Assembly (NCBI GenBank): GCA_963701735.1
Contig: CAVPBI010000019.1
Coordinates: 948-64,947, forward strand
DNA: 64,000 bases
Direction: 5' to 3'
DNA from: an uncultured Ignavibacteria bacterium
GTDB lineage: Bacteria > Bacteroidota > Ignavibacteria > UBA10030 > UBA6906
The position numbers and the translations under genes are program-made. Below the pieces are notes generated by a model. That model worked only from the letters and a program-made list of their open reading frames with translations. It searched no databases and was not told where the DNA came from. This document shows, one piece after another, positions 19,481 through 28,722 of the stretch (positions are counted from its first letter, which is position 1; every line of letters begins with the position of its first letter).

Positions 19481-19891
19481 TCATCCCGCAGTGCGGATCT
19501 TCAGGCCGTGCTTCTGCAGAAGGCTGTCGATTGCCGGTTCGGGATAGAATCCCTCGTGTCGAAAGAATTCCTTCCCGTCCTTGTCGAGAAATACCTGCGT
19601 GGGGATGACCCGTATGCCATACGTCTCGGCGTATTCATGCTGCTCGGGCTTCCAGACGTCGTAGAATACGACGGCGATCTGGTTACCATACTTCTTCTCG
19701 ATGGCCGCCATGACAGGTTGCATCTGCCTGCACGGGACGCATTTGACTGATCCGAGTTCGACGAATGTCACAAGCGGCTTCCCGGTTTCGCCGGTCTTTG
19801 CCGGCGACGTCTCATGCACTTCTTGAGACAGAACCACGCCTGCGCTCATGATGAACGCCATAAGAATGAGGAGTGTCCTTTGAGCTGCCAT
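19481..19891 (-). CDS. Secreted thioredoxin-fold protein (TlpA/ResA-like) with a CVPC active site.
   Basis: Start at 19891 with GAAGGA upstream. Signal peptide MAAQRTLLILMAFIMSAGVVLS. VELGSVKCVPCRQM is the CxxC motif. Confidence 0.75.
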   Translation of the reverse strand: MAAQRTLLILMAFIMSAGVVLSQEVHETSPAKTGETGKPLVTFVELGSVKCVPCRQMQPVMAAIEKKYGNQIAVVFYDVWKPEQHEYAETYGIRVIPTQVFLDKDGKEFFRHEGFYPEPAIDSLLQKHGLKIRTAG

Positions 19892-19957
19892 GGAATCCTT
19901 CCCCCTGTGAGTGTGATGCGTGCCTGGCCGCACAGGGCCAGCAGCATTGCTACAGGT

Positions 19958-21076
19958 TCACGAAAACTCGCCGAACAGCCATCCCGCGATCACGGAAAGC
20001 ATGATGATGGTCAGGATGTATACGGGGGCCTGTCTTCTCCCCATGATCTTGAAAAGGACGATCATGCTCGGAAGGCTCAGAGCGTTCCCCGTCAGGAACA
20101 GCGTGAGTGCCGGCCCCCGCCCCATGCCCAGCCCCATCAGCTTCTGGATGATCGGCACTTCCGTCAGCGTTGCGAAGTACATGAACGCACCGAAGGTCGA
20201 GGCAACAAGGTTGGCGAGGAGCGTGTTCTCCCCGACGAGCCCGACCACGAAGTCCCTTGGAATGGCAACTTCGATAATGCCGGCGATGAACACGCCCACA
20301 AAGAGGTAGGGGAGGATCTTCTTGGTCAGCTCCCACGTCTCGCGCAGCCATTCCAGGTTGTGTTCTCTCCGGAATTTGAAGAACACGATGCCCAGCACAG
20401 CCCCCACCATCACAATGATGAGCACCGCCTTGAGGGTTTGGTCAAGCGACAGCCCGAACACCACCAGGATGGCAAGTTGAAGCAGGAAGAACGTGAGGAT
20501 GGTGGAATTCGAATAGGGCACATCCCCACTCATCCCAGCGGCGAACGGTTCCTGGGAGTTCTTCTTGTCATGACCGCGGAAGAGCGCAGCCATCAGGAGC
20601 CCGGCGAGCACCGAGATGACGAGTGCGGCAACAAGCCTCCCCACGGCAAAATCCCAGCCGAGCACGCTACCGGTCAGCAGTATTGCGGTAACGTTGATGG
20701 CGGGGCCTGTGAAGAGAAATGCGACGGCGGGGCCGATACCCGCTCCGCGTCTGTAGATGCCGGTGAAGAGGGGAAGGATTGTGCAGGAGCAGACGGCAAG
20801 GATTCCTCCTGAAACACTGGCGATCGGATAGGCAATCCACTTCTTGGTCGTGGGGCCCAGAAGCCGCACGATGGCATCCTTCTTCACGTACACCGCAATC
20901 GTGCCGGCGATGAAGAAGGCCGGGACGAGACACGTGAGCACATGAAGCCGCGAGTACTCATGGAGAAGCGAAAGCCCGGCGGAGATCGATCGCAGCACGA
21001 TGGGCGCATCGATGGGAGCGAAGTAGAAGATGACAAACACTGCTGCAAGCAGTGTGAATTTCCCCCACTCCTTCAT
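19958..21076 (-). CDS. Predicted permease (DUF318 / YraQ-like two-domain permease) of the ArsR-thioredoxin cluster.
   Basis: About 10 TM segments. It is arranged as in ArsR, redox-active disulfide protein and permease loci. It overlaps the upstream gene by 4 nt (ATGA). Confidence 0.65.
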   Translation of the reverse strand: MKEWGKFTLLAAVFVIFYFAPIDAPIVLRSISAGLSLLHEYSRLHVLTCLVPAFFIAGTIAVYVKKDAIVRLLGPTTKKWIAYPIASVSGGILAVCSCTILPLFTGIYRRGAGIGPAVAFLFTGPAINVTAILLTGSVLGWDFAVGRLVAALVISVLAGLLMAALFRGHDKKNSQEPFAAGMSGDVPYSNSTILTFFLLQLAILVVFGLSLDQTLKAVLIIVMVGAVLGIVFFKFRREHNLEWLRETWELTKKILPYLFVGVFIAGIIEVAIPRDFVVGLVGENTLLANLVASTFGAFMYFATLTEVPIIQKLMGLGMGRGPALTLFLTGNALSLPSMIVLFKIMGRRQAPVYILTIIMLSVIAGWLFGEFS

Positions 21077-21324
21077 TGGGCTGCCCGGACGTTTGCGGTT
21101 ATCAGCTCTTTGATCCTGTCGATGGATGGCACGCCTCCCTGCCAGACGAGCTTCTCATCGATGACCAGTCCAGGTGTTCGCATCACGCCGTACGACGCAA
21201 TGCCCTCAAGGTCGATGACCTTCGACACGGTGGCCTGAAGATTCATCTCGGCAACGGCATCAAGCGTCCGCCGCTCCAGTGTGCGGCAGTTCATGCAGCC
21301 TGGCCCGAGTACTTTGATTGTCAT
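21073..21324 (-). CDS. Small thioredoxin-family protein (redox-active disulfide protein 2-like).
   Basis: MTIKVLGPGCMNCRTLE carries a CxxC in a thioredoxin fold. AGGAGGAG lies upstream of the ATG at 21324. Confidence 0.7.
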   Translation of the reverse strand: MTIKVLGPGCMNCRTLERRTLDAVAEMNLQATVSKVIDLEGIASYGVMRTPGLVIDEKLVWQGGVPSIDRIKELITANVRAAQ

Positions 21325-21338
21325 GGTTTCTCCTCCTG

Positions 21339-21656
21339 TCATGCTTCCTGTAATGCTTCGGCTCTCTTTTCGACGTCCCGGCGTGCAAGCGATGTGACAA
21401 TGTCCAGCAGCCTGAACGTTCGGGCGTCCACGACCTTGAAGTTGACCCGCAATCCGTCTTTCCAGGAGAACAGGATGCCCGCCTGCACGAGAATCTTCAG
21501 GTGGCGCGAGAGATTGGACTGCTCCATGCCGAGCTCAGGCGCGATCTCGCAGTTGCACCGTGGCCCCTGGCGGAGGAAATCCAGAATACGGATCCGGTTC
21601 GGGTGTGCCAGTGCCTCGAAGATATCGCTCTTGAGCTCGGCGGCGGTCGTTGTCAT
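21339..21656 (-). CDS. ArsR/SmtB-family metalloregulatory transcriptional repressor.
   Basis: HTH region AHPNRIRILDFLRQGPRCNCEIAPELGMEQSNLSRHLKIL. Start at 21656 with GAGGG upstream. Confidence 0.8.
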   Translation of the reverse strand: MTTTAAELKSDIFEALAHPNRIRILDFLRQGPRCNCEIAPELGMEQSNLSRHLKILVQAGILFSWKDGLRVNFKVVDARTFRLLDIVTSLARRDVEKRAEALQEA

Positions 21657-21688
21657 CAGGAAGCCCTCTGAATGTTGAACTATATGAG

Positions 21689-21702
21689 TATATGTGCATA
21701 TA
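21689..21702 (+). promoter_or_regulatory. Inverted repeat TATATG-TG-CATATA in an AT-rich patch, about 35 bp upstream of arsR. Candidate ArsR operator and -10 region.
   Basis: A 6-bp-arm perfect inverted repeat. It is the only AT-rich patch in this GC-rich interval. Confidence 0.45.
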
Positions 21703-22099
21703 GCGTGCCCGCGAGGAGGGTGCGCCTGCAGCCGGCAAATGCCGATTCTCCGGCTCGTTCTTTCTCGGAATCCGTAAGCCATTGTCGTTTTCAAGAGAGG
21801 GCGAACGCCGTGGAACATCTGTGGAGGGGATGTCTTGCCGCGCATCAAAAGGGGCAATCACAGGTGTGATGTCACGGCGTCGAAGCAACCGTACCGGTGG
21901 GGCCCTGTCCCTACGCGTCTGTTGAAAGCCTCGTCTACATCAGCGAAGGTCAGGGAGTGTCGTGGCAGTGCACCGACCCATCAGGGCCACGGAACCGCCG
22001 AGCACATTGCTCCTGAAGTTCCCTCCAGGCACCTACATGTACCGGCTCACCTTCGGCTCGCGCACTGAAAGCCTGAGGATGCTCCTCCTGAAATGGAAA

Positions 22100-22120
22100 G
22101 CCCCGGCACCAGGCCGGGGC
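22100..22120 (-). terminator. Stem-loop terminator downstream of the 22148..23263 gene.
   Basis: GCCCCGGC-accag-GCCGGGGC. On the minus strand it is followed by TTTCCATTTCAGG. Confidence 0.5.
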
Positions 22121-22147
22121 TCCTCCGCGCAACCCGCGGTGTGTCAG

Positions 22148-23263
22148 TCACTTCTTCTGAAACGTCAGCATCTCGCGACACTCGGATGCCATCCACTTCA
22201 CGCCGTCGGTTCTGAGTCGCTGCCGCCCGCTGTCGGCACGCTTCGGCAGATAGACCTTCCCGATCACCTCCATTCCGAGCTCCTTCGCGACGCCGGTCAC
22301 GTCTGACGGGTAATCCAGCAGGCCGAACGGTCCGCCGACCGCCTCAGTAATCACCGAGACCCGCCCGCCCGGCTTCAGAATCCGGGCGCTCTCGCGCATC
22401 AGCGACTTCAGCTTCATCATCGTCTCCGACCGCGCCGCGGCAGGGGAGAAATCAGTGTCCTCGCCGTGCGCGAAAAACTCGGCCGGCGGATCAAGCAGTA
22501 CGTAATCCACAGACGAGCTCTGCTCCGGAATCCCCGTCTGCAGGACGTTGGCCCGGTTGATCCTGCCGTCGGCGGGATCAACATCGTACATGCGCACCGA
22601 ACGGTCCTTGAAATAGGGGAGGGTCTCGATCACATCTCCTGTCGTGCCGCTGCCGGCCATCGGGTCCACGACGACGCCACCCGGCGGGCAGTAATAATAG
22701 AGTGCGTTGGCCACGATCTGACCCGCAAGGCGGCCTTTGTACCCCGGCTTTCCGAACCGCGGATCGGGCGAATCGATCGACCAGATGTTCTTTTCCTTCA
22801 GATCGAACCCGTACTTCGTGCGCTCATCCTCTCTCTTTGCCAGCTCATCTTCGCGAATCTTCTTCTGCAGATCGGAGATGGTCCACTTTGCGTGAATCGC
22901 CATCTTCTCGTAGTGATCGCGGCGCTTGCTCTCGTCCACCTTCGTGGCGAGCTCGAAGTAGAAGATGTCGGGCAGAGGCCGCTTTTCGACGTCGGGGTAG
23001 TACGTGTAGAATTGCTGGCACTGCTTCAGCATGTGGTACGGGAACTTGAATCCCGGCATCTCGGAGAGTTTCTTGAGAATCTGGTCGGCGAAGATGCCTT
23101 CCTTGAGGGCCGTCGGAATAACGCGGTCAACGAGGAATTTCCCGAGGTCCCAGTAGTTGTCCGCTGAGAACGTGCTCAACTTCTCGATGAGAGGTTCGAG
23201 CAACGACACGTGCGTGGGACGGGGTACCGGACGGGGTGCGGGTTTGCGCGCGGTTTTCTTCAT
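22148..23263 (-). CDS. SAM-dependent methyltransferase-like protein (gamma-class N6-adenine DNA MTase or UPF0020 RNA MTase-like) with a degenerate motif IV. It has no adjacent restriction-enzyme gene, so it is orphan.
   Basis: GGVVVDPMAGSGTTGDV is motif I (DPxxGSG). LLDPPAEFF takes the place of motif IV (D/NPPY) but lacks the aromatic residue. The N-terminal 200 aa are unassigned. Confidence 0.55.
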   Translation of the reverse strand: MKKTARKPAPRPVPRPTHVSLLEPLIEKLSTFSADNYWDLGKFLVDRVIPTALKEGIFADQILKKLSEMPGFKFPYHMLKQCQQFYTYYPDVEKRPLPDIFYFELATKVDESKRRDHYEKMAIHAKWTISDLQKKIREDELAKREDERTKYGFDLKEKNIWSIDSPDPRFGKPGYKGRLAGQIVANALYYYCPPGGVVVDPMAGSGTTGDVIETLPYFKDRSVRMYDVDPADGRINRANVLQTGIPEQSSSVDYVLLDPPAEFFAHGEDTDFSPAAARSETMMKLKSLMRESARILKPGGRVSVITEAVGGPFGLLDYPSDVTGVAKELGMEVIGKVYLPKRADSGRQRLRTDGVKWMASECREMLTFQKK

Positions 23264-23420
23264 GGCATCCTCGCGAAGAGTAGAGGAGAAAGATCGACAA
23301 AACAGGAGAGATTGAACCTATATACGCGAATTGAGAGTCTGACGCAAGAGGAAATGCCCCACCCGGAGTCGGGGGCACCATGGTCGTACGTGGCCTTGTG
23401 CTGAACGAATTCCTGCCCGC

Positions 23421-23449
23421 CGGGGACGGTGCGGTTTGAAAGGAACCGT
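23421..23449 (+). promoter_or_regulatory. Sigma70-type promoter for the tRNA-Arg/tRNA-Glu operon.
   Basis: TTGAAA-17 nt-TATATT, ending about 25 nt upstream of the tRNA-Arg 5' end. Confidence 0.55.
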
Positions 23450-23474
23450 CAGAAATGGTATATTTAAATTCTTG

Positions 23475-23547
23475 GGGCCCGTAGCTCAACGGATAGAGCA
23501 ACAGCCTTCTAAGCTGTAGGTTGCGCGTTCGATTCGCGCCGGGCCTA
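23475..23547 (+). tRNA. tRNA-Arg, anticodon TCT.
   Basis: Acceptor GGGCCCG/CGGGCCT, U8 A9, D-arm GCTC..GAGC, anticodon stem ACAGC/GCTGT with loop CTTCTAA, T-arm GCGCG-TTCGATT-CGCGC. Confidence 0.85.
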
Positions 23548-23603
23548 CACGGCGTCACAGCGATTTCCGTTGTCCGTACCCCACTCCGCGTCGTCGCTTT
23601 CCC

Positions 23604-23676
23604 GCCCCCATCGTCTAGAGGCCTAGGACACGAGCTTTTCAAGCTTGGAACACCGGTTCGAATCCGGTTGGGGGCA
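23604..23676 (+). tRNA. tRNA-Glu, anticodon TTC.
   Basis: Near-identical architecture to E. coli tRNA-Glu (GCCCCCATCGTCTAGAGGCCTAGGACAC...). Anticodon loop TTTTCAA, T-arm ACCGG-TTCGAAT-CCGGT. Confidence 0.85.
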
Positions 23677-23686
23677 CACCGCTTTC

Positions 23687-25228
23687 TCACCCACGAGGCT
23701 GGACAGACATATCCTCACGAGCCTCATCCAACACCCGCCTGGTCCCGGCACTCCACAGAATCATGACGGGCACACCTATGGCCAGCGCCTGCGCTGGAAG
23801 GAAACCGGCTGCCTGTATCACGAACGGCGCATCACGCGAGATCAGAAACGGCAGACAGACCATCAGCCAGATGGCAACCGCTGCGGCGGGGCGGAATAGC
23901 TCCCGGTTCATGCACACTATCGCCACCAGCGACACCAGGATGTAGTTCCCGGGCGCAAACGGGCTCGCCAGCGTCCCGAGGCTCACGAGCGAAAGCCAGA
24001 CAGAGGCTGCTTCTGTACCAGAGCGTGGCCGGCGCTGCCCTGCCCAGATGGCCAGCGCAATGATCCCCGCAAGATAGACCATCGAAACCACCCGCCCGAC
24101 CTCGGGCGTCATTCCGGGAATCCCCAGCATCCCGAGTTTGAGCGGAATCCCGAAGGGCGCCATATTCCGGGCAACTCCAAAACTCCGGGAGAGCGGGCGA
24201 GCAAATGCCTCCCCGCTAGAGAGGCGTGGGAGCTCGTATTCGAAAAATGCCTTGAAGGATGCCGGCCCCGCGACCAGGAATGCGACTACAGTAAGGACAA
24301 TCCCGGCCGCGGTGGTCCATGCCACCTCGCGCCACTGCCGGCGGGCAAGCAAATAGAGAAAGAGCATTCCAGGGAAGATCTTGGCAACCATGGTGATGGC
24401 CAGCGCCAGGCCGCCGGCTGGGACGCGAAGCGAGAAGAGCACAAGCGCGATGGCGGAAGTCGCGAAGACGAGGATCTGGACGTTCGACATTTGCAGACCG
24501 ACCAGCACCGGCATCGAGCACCACAGAAGCGGGGCCATGCCGATCACGCGGAGCCTCCCTTCGGGTTCCAGGCGGAAGGCAATCAAGCCTATTGCGAGCA
24601 TCAGCGTGAGCGCACCCGCCGAAAACCAGACGGCGCGTACCGCGAGAAACTCGCCGCCGGCAATCGCCCGTATCGCGATGGGGAGAAGAAGGAAGGTCGG
24701 GGGATAGTGGTAGAGGTCGACGTCGAACCCGTCCAGCTTCCTGTCGACGTAGTGTTCCTCCCTGTACACGTTCGGCTCGCCTTCAACGGCGAGTCGCGCG
24801 CTTTCAGTGTATGCAGTCAGGCAGCAGTGGTGAACGAGCCACTGGTCGCCCGGGAAGATGGAATGCTGATGCGCGCCGGGGTCGAGCATGAACATCGAGA
24901 GTCGTGCGGTCTGCACGACAGCCATCGCTGCAAGCACTACCCATGCGGCGCTGAGCGCGGGCTTCGTCTTCCGGACCCCGTCCAGTGTCCCGGGCAGTCG
25001 CCGTGCCAGCCAGAAGATTCCGATCGCGACAATGGCAAGCACAAAGGGGATGGCCGCAAACGAGGGAAGGCCCGCACCCTGCAGGCCGACGTACCCGGCG
25101 AGGCCGGCACAGACGCCCACGACAGACGCGACCATGAAGCGCTCGATTCCAGGATGAACCCTCGGCGAGGGAGAGGCCGTCACATTGGCAGAGAGACCAG
25201 GCAGGATCTGGGAAGGATGATTGTCCAT
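23687..25228 (-). CDS. Large polytopic integral membrane protein (12 or more TM segments). It may be a DUF2029/GT87-like or mannosyltransferase-like glycosyltransferase. Function is unknown.
   Basis: GGAGG lies 9 nt upstream of the ATG at 25228 (MDNHPSQ...). Many hydrophobic helices. No diagnostic catalytic motif is readable. The ORF track's 635-aa version starts too far upstream. Confidence 0.5.
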   Translation of the reverse strand: MDNHPSQILPGLSANVTASPSPRVHPGIERFMVASVVGVCAGLAGYVGLQGAGLPSFAAIPFVLAIVAIGIFWLARRLPGTLDGVRKTKPALSAAWVVLAAMAVVQTARLSMFMLDPGAHQHSIFPGDQWLVHHCCLTAYTESARLAVEGEPNVYREEHYVDRKLDGFDVDLYHYPPTFLLLPIAIRAIAGGEFLAVRAVWFSAGALTLMLAIGLIAFRLEPEGRLRVIGMAPLLWCSMPVLVGLQMSNVQILVFATSAIALVLFSLRVPAGGLALAITMVAKIFPGMLFLYLLARRQWREVAWTTAAGIVLTVVAFLVAGPASFKAFFEYELPRLSSGEAFARPLSRSFGVARNMAPFGIPLKLGMLGIPGMTPEVGRVVSMVYLAGIIALAIWAGQRRPRSGTEAASVWLSLVSLGTLASPFAPGNYILVSLVAIVCMNRELFRPAAAVAIWLMVCLPFLISRDAPFVIQAAGFLPAQALAIGVPVMILWSAGTRRVLDEAREDMSVQPRG

Positions 25229-25433
25229 GCGAATACTCCTCCACCTCAGGTGCAACGTTCGGCGCGGGATCAAGGGCAGAAATCGCGCCCCCGCGCGCAC
25301 CCTTGCACCGTGAATTATCAAAGGACAGACTTTGAAGGGGCCAAAGAAGGAAAACATACTGTAAAACACAAATCCTGGATTGCTTCTCAGCGGCCCAGGC
25401 TGGATATTATGTGCAAATCCCAAGGAGGGTATC

Positions 25434-26111
25434 CCCATGTTCATCGGCCACGCCGCGGTTGCGTTCGCGGCCAAGAAAGCGGCGCCGAAGGCGTCGCTCG
25501 GAACCCTCATGATGGCCGCCCAGTTCATCGACCTCCTCTGGCCGGTCTTCCTCCTCTTTGGCCTGGAACATGTTCGCATCGATCCCGGCAACACGGCGCT
25601 GACACCGCTCGACTTCTATGACTACCCGTTCTCGCACAGCCTCCTCGCGGTCGTTGTATGGGGATTCGTGTTCGGCGGGGCGTACTTCGCCGCACGACGC
25701 TACCGCACCGGCGCCATCGTGCTCGGCCTGCTCGTCATCAGTCACTGGGTGCTGGACTTCCTGACGCACCGTCCGGACCTCCCGCTCGCACCCGGCAGCG
25801 AGACACGTGTTGGGCTCGGACTGTGGGACTCCGTTGCTGCGACATTGATCGTCGAAGGTTTGCTGTTCGCTGGATGCGTTGCCCTGTACGTACGAACGAC
25901 GAAGGCGATCGACCGGATCGGAACCTATGCCCTCTGGGGATTGGTGGCGTTCCTTGTGGTGATCTACTCGATGAATGTCTTTGGGCCCCCGCCGCCCGAC
26001 ACCGGCGTCATCGCATACGCGGGGAACGCAAGCTGGCTCTTCGTTCTCTGGGGGTACTGGATCGACAGGCATCGCGCTGTTCGTGTGCAGGTTCTCTCCC
26101 CGGCGTCATAA
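25434..26111 (+). CDS. Membrane-bound metal-dependent hydrolase, YdjM/DUF457 family.
   Basis: GGAGGG lies upstream of the ATG at 25434. The N terminus MFIGHAAVAFAAK is typical of the family, and 4-5 TM segments follow. Confidence 0.6.
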   Translation, partial: PMFIGHAAVAFAAKKAAPKASLGTLMMAAQFIDLLWPVFLLFGLEHVRIDPGNTALTPLDFYDYPFSHSLLAVVVWGFVFGGAYFAARRYRTGAIVLGLLVISHWVLDFLTHRPDLPLAPGSETRVGLGLWDSVAATLIVEGLLFAGCVALYVRTTKAIDRIGTYALWGLVAFLVVIYSMNVFGPPPPDTGVIAYAGNASWLFVLWGYWIDRHRAVRVQVLSPAS

Positions 26112-26138
26112 TACCAACGAACGTATCCGACTCGAACA

Positions 26139-26501
26139 ATGACACTCCATCGCAGCATTGCCTGGGCGCTCGTAGCCCTTGGCGTCTCCCAGCTCATCCT
26201 CGGGATCTCCTGGTCGTGGGAAGTCTGGGTGCGCGTCGCGCACGACGGATTCTTCGACGCGATCGACCCATGGATGGACCGGAACGCCGCGTTCTGGTTC
26301 GCGTACCTGGGTCTGCCGATCATCTTCAGCGGCGCCCTCTGCCTGCGGCTGTTGAAGGATACCGGCAGGCCGCTCCCGCGCAGCGTGGGGATCTGGATGC
26401 TCTGCCTCGGCGCGATCGGCACGCTCTTCGTGCCGGCTTCGGGGCTCATCTTCCTTGCCGTCCTCGGTGCGCTGGTTCTTCTCCCCGTGAAAACGCGATG
26501 A
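26139..26501 (+). CDS. Small hypothetical membrane protein with 4 TM segments.
   Basis: Hydrophobic helices. Its stop overlaps the next start (ATGA), which suggests translational coupling. Confidence 0.45.
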   Translation: MTLHRSIAWALVALGVSQLILGISWSWEVWVRVAHDGFFDAIDPWMDRNAAFWFAYLGLPIIFSGALCLRLLKDTGRPLPRSVGIWMLCLGAIGTLFVPASGLIFLAVLGALVLLPVKTR

Positions 26502-27662
26502 CACGCTCTCCGGGCATTCTCCTTCTTGCCGCCGTCGCTGCATTGGCGCTCGCGGCGTGTTCGCGCGACGTCCCGGCGCTCGTCGAAGAAGTGGAGACCG
26601 ATTCGACGCAGCAGAACCTGCGGGGTGTCTGGCGGGAGGAGGATCTCGCGGGAGGGGTGGACAGCATTATGGCGGAGTACGCCGCCCTGGACGGTCCGGG
26701 CGCCGCGGTGCTCGTGGCGCGTCAGGGGGAGCCCCTGGTGATGAAGGGGTACGGCCTTGCTGAACTCGAGACAGCAAGAGCCGTCACGCCGACAACCAAC
26801 TTTCGTCTCGCATCTCTCACAAAGCAGTTCAATGCGGCCACCATCCTGATGTTGCGGGGGGAGGGGTTGCTGTCGCTGGACGACCCGATTGCCAGGTACC
26901 TTCCCGAGCTTCCCGCCTACGCCAACAACGTCACGGTACGGCAGCTTCTTCAGCACATCTCCGGCCTGCCTGACTACGAGGATTATCTGAGGATCACCCA
27001 CCTCGTCCCCGTCCGGGAACGCGAGGTCCCGTTCATGATCGCCGACGCCGAGTCGCTTCTGGCTCGGGAGGGGACGACCTACCACTACAGCAACACGGGG
27101 TACGCGCTGCTTGGCGTGATCGCCGAACGTGCCGCGGGATTGCCGTTCCCGGAAGTACTCCGGACCCGGATCTTCGCGCCCGCGGGGATGGACGGATCGA
27201 TTGCCTATGTAGCCGATGGTCCGCCTGTGCGCGAGCGGGCGTACGGGTACTCGCGCGCTCAGGTCTTGCGAATGTGGAAGCGCACGGACCAGAGCATGAC
27301 GAGCGCCGTGCTGGGCGACGGGGGTGATCTATTCTTCGGTGCGCGACTGGCTTCAGTGGGACAGGGCGTGGAACAGCTGTCTGCTTCTCGATTCGCTTAC
27401 GCAGGAAGAGGCATTCACCCCCGGGACGCTCGTGGACGGCTCACGGACGAAGTACGGATACGGCTGGATGATCGAGCACTATCGCGGGCTGCGCGCTGTA
27501 GCGCACAGCGGCGGGACGATGGGGTTCACGCACTTCATGGTCAGGTTCCCGGAAGACCAGTTCACCGTCGTGATCCTGTCGAACCGCGACCAAACGAGCG
27601 TAGTCCCGCTGGTCTTCAGGATCGTGGACCTGTATCTTGCCGGGACGATACCACCGGCATGA
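26498..27662 (+). CDS. Beta-lactamase-family serine hydrolase lipoprotein. A frameshift in a G5 run at 27320-27324 separates the N-terminal 2/3 (frame 2) from the C-terminal part (frame 3, 27324..27662).
   Basis: Lipobox LALAAC. SxxK = SLTK, YxN = YSNTGY, and HSGGTMGF lies in the downstream frame. Deleting one G from GACGGGGGTGATC restores ...GDGVIYSSVRDWLQW.... Confidence 0.7.
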
Positions 27663-27720
27663 TGCCGCCACGGGGCACTCCTCTCCTCCGGCAAACGCCA
27701 GTGGCCCGACCCTCGTACCC

Positions 27721-28590
27721 ATGAGTACCGCCCACAGCGCAACGACCCACCCCCGCCAGGATTCAATCCTCATCCGGGGCTGCAGTCTTGTGTGTCGGGA
27801 GCTGGGGGATGGTGCGCCCATCATCTTCATCCACGGGACGCTTGCGGGGATGGATACGTTCCGGCGGCAACTGCTCTGGTTCGGACAGCGGGCCCGGGCA
27901 ATCGCGTACTCGCGCCGGTTCCATCCGCCAAGCGGACCCAACGGTGCGGCCGGGCCGTACACGCTTGACGATCACGCCGCCGATCTGATCGCGCTCGTCC
28001 GGGCCCTCCGCCTCGTCAAACCCCATCTGGTCGGTTCGTCCTACGGTGCGTACGTCGCCATCCGGGCGTGCCTCATGGAGCCCGCCCTTGCCTCGTCGCT
28101 CGTTGCCGCCGAACCGCCGATGCTGCGCCTGCTCGAGCTGACACCCGAGGGTCGTGCTGCGCTCGGGGTCTTTCGCGAAAGGGGACTCGATCCTGCGCGG
28201 GAAGCGTTCAGCCGCGGGGATGATGACGGCGGCGTCGCGCATTTCTTCGATGGGATCCGCGGAGAGAGAGGGGCGTTTGGGGCATTGTCGAATCTGCAGC
28301 GTGCGGACCTTCTGCGGTTCGGACCGGAACTGAGGATGGAACTCGCCTCCGACTTCGATCTCTATATGCCGCCGATCTCGCTCGAGGAGATGAAAGCGCT
28401 CAAGGTCCCCACGCTGCTGCTCTCAGGGGAAAAGAGCCCGAGGCTCTTTCACATCATCACGGACATGGTGCGCACCGCCATCCCCGGGTCGGAGATGCGG
28501 TCGATCCCCTCTGCGGACCACAGCATCCACACGTCTGCCCCTGCCGCCTACAGCGAGGCGGTGTGGGAGTTCATCTCCGCCCGAGTGTGA
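27721..28590 (+). CDS. Alpha/beta-fold hydrolase.
   Basis: PIIFIHG oxyanion region and GSSYG nucleophile elbow. The start is ambiguous between 27637 and 27721. Confidence 0.7.
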   Translation: MSTAHSATTHPRQDSILIRGCSLVCRELGDGAPIIFIHGTLAGMDTFRRQLLWFGQRARAIAYSRRFHPPSGPNGAAGPYTLDDHAADLIALVRALRLVKPHLVGSSYGAYVAIRACLMEPALASSLVAAEPPMLRLLELTPEGRAALGVFRERGLDPAREAFSRGDDDGGVAHFFDGIRGERGAFGALSNLQRADLLRFGPELRMELASDFDLYMPPISLEEMKALKVPTLLLSGEKSPRLFHIITDMVRTAIPGSEMRSIPSADHSIHTSAPAAYSEAVWEFISARV

Positions 28591-28722
28591 GTGGCAGTAT
28601 CCCCGAGTCCTGCCCTGGACGCAGGGACACCGAAGTCTTCCCCGGGCGACATCAGCCGGACGCCACAGCCAGGGGCGAGGCAACCCGGAGCATCGCCGTC
28701 CGATCTGAAGAGTTCCGATTCC

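Noticed and set aside
25229-25433. A possible LexA/SOS box upstream of the YdjM-like gene (TACTGTAAAACACAAAT).
   Set aside because: It is not palindromic and does not match any LexA consensus I can recall. YdjM homologues are SOS-regulated in E. coli, but the sequence here does not support that.
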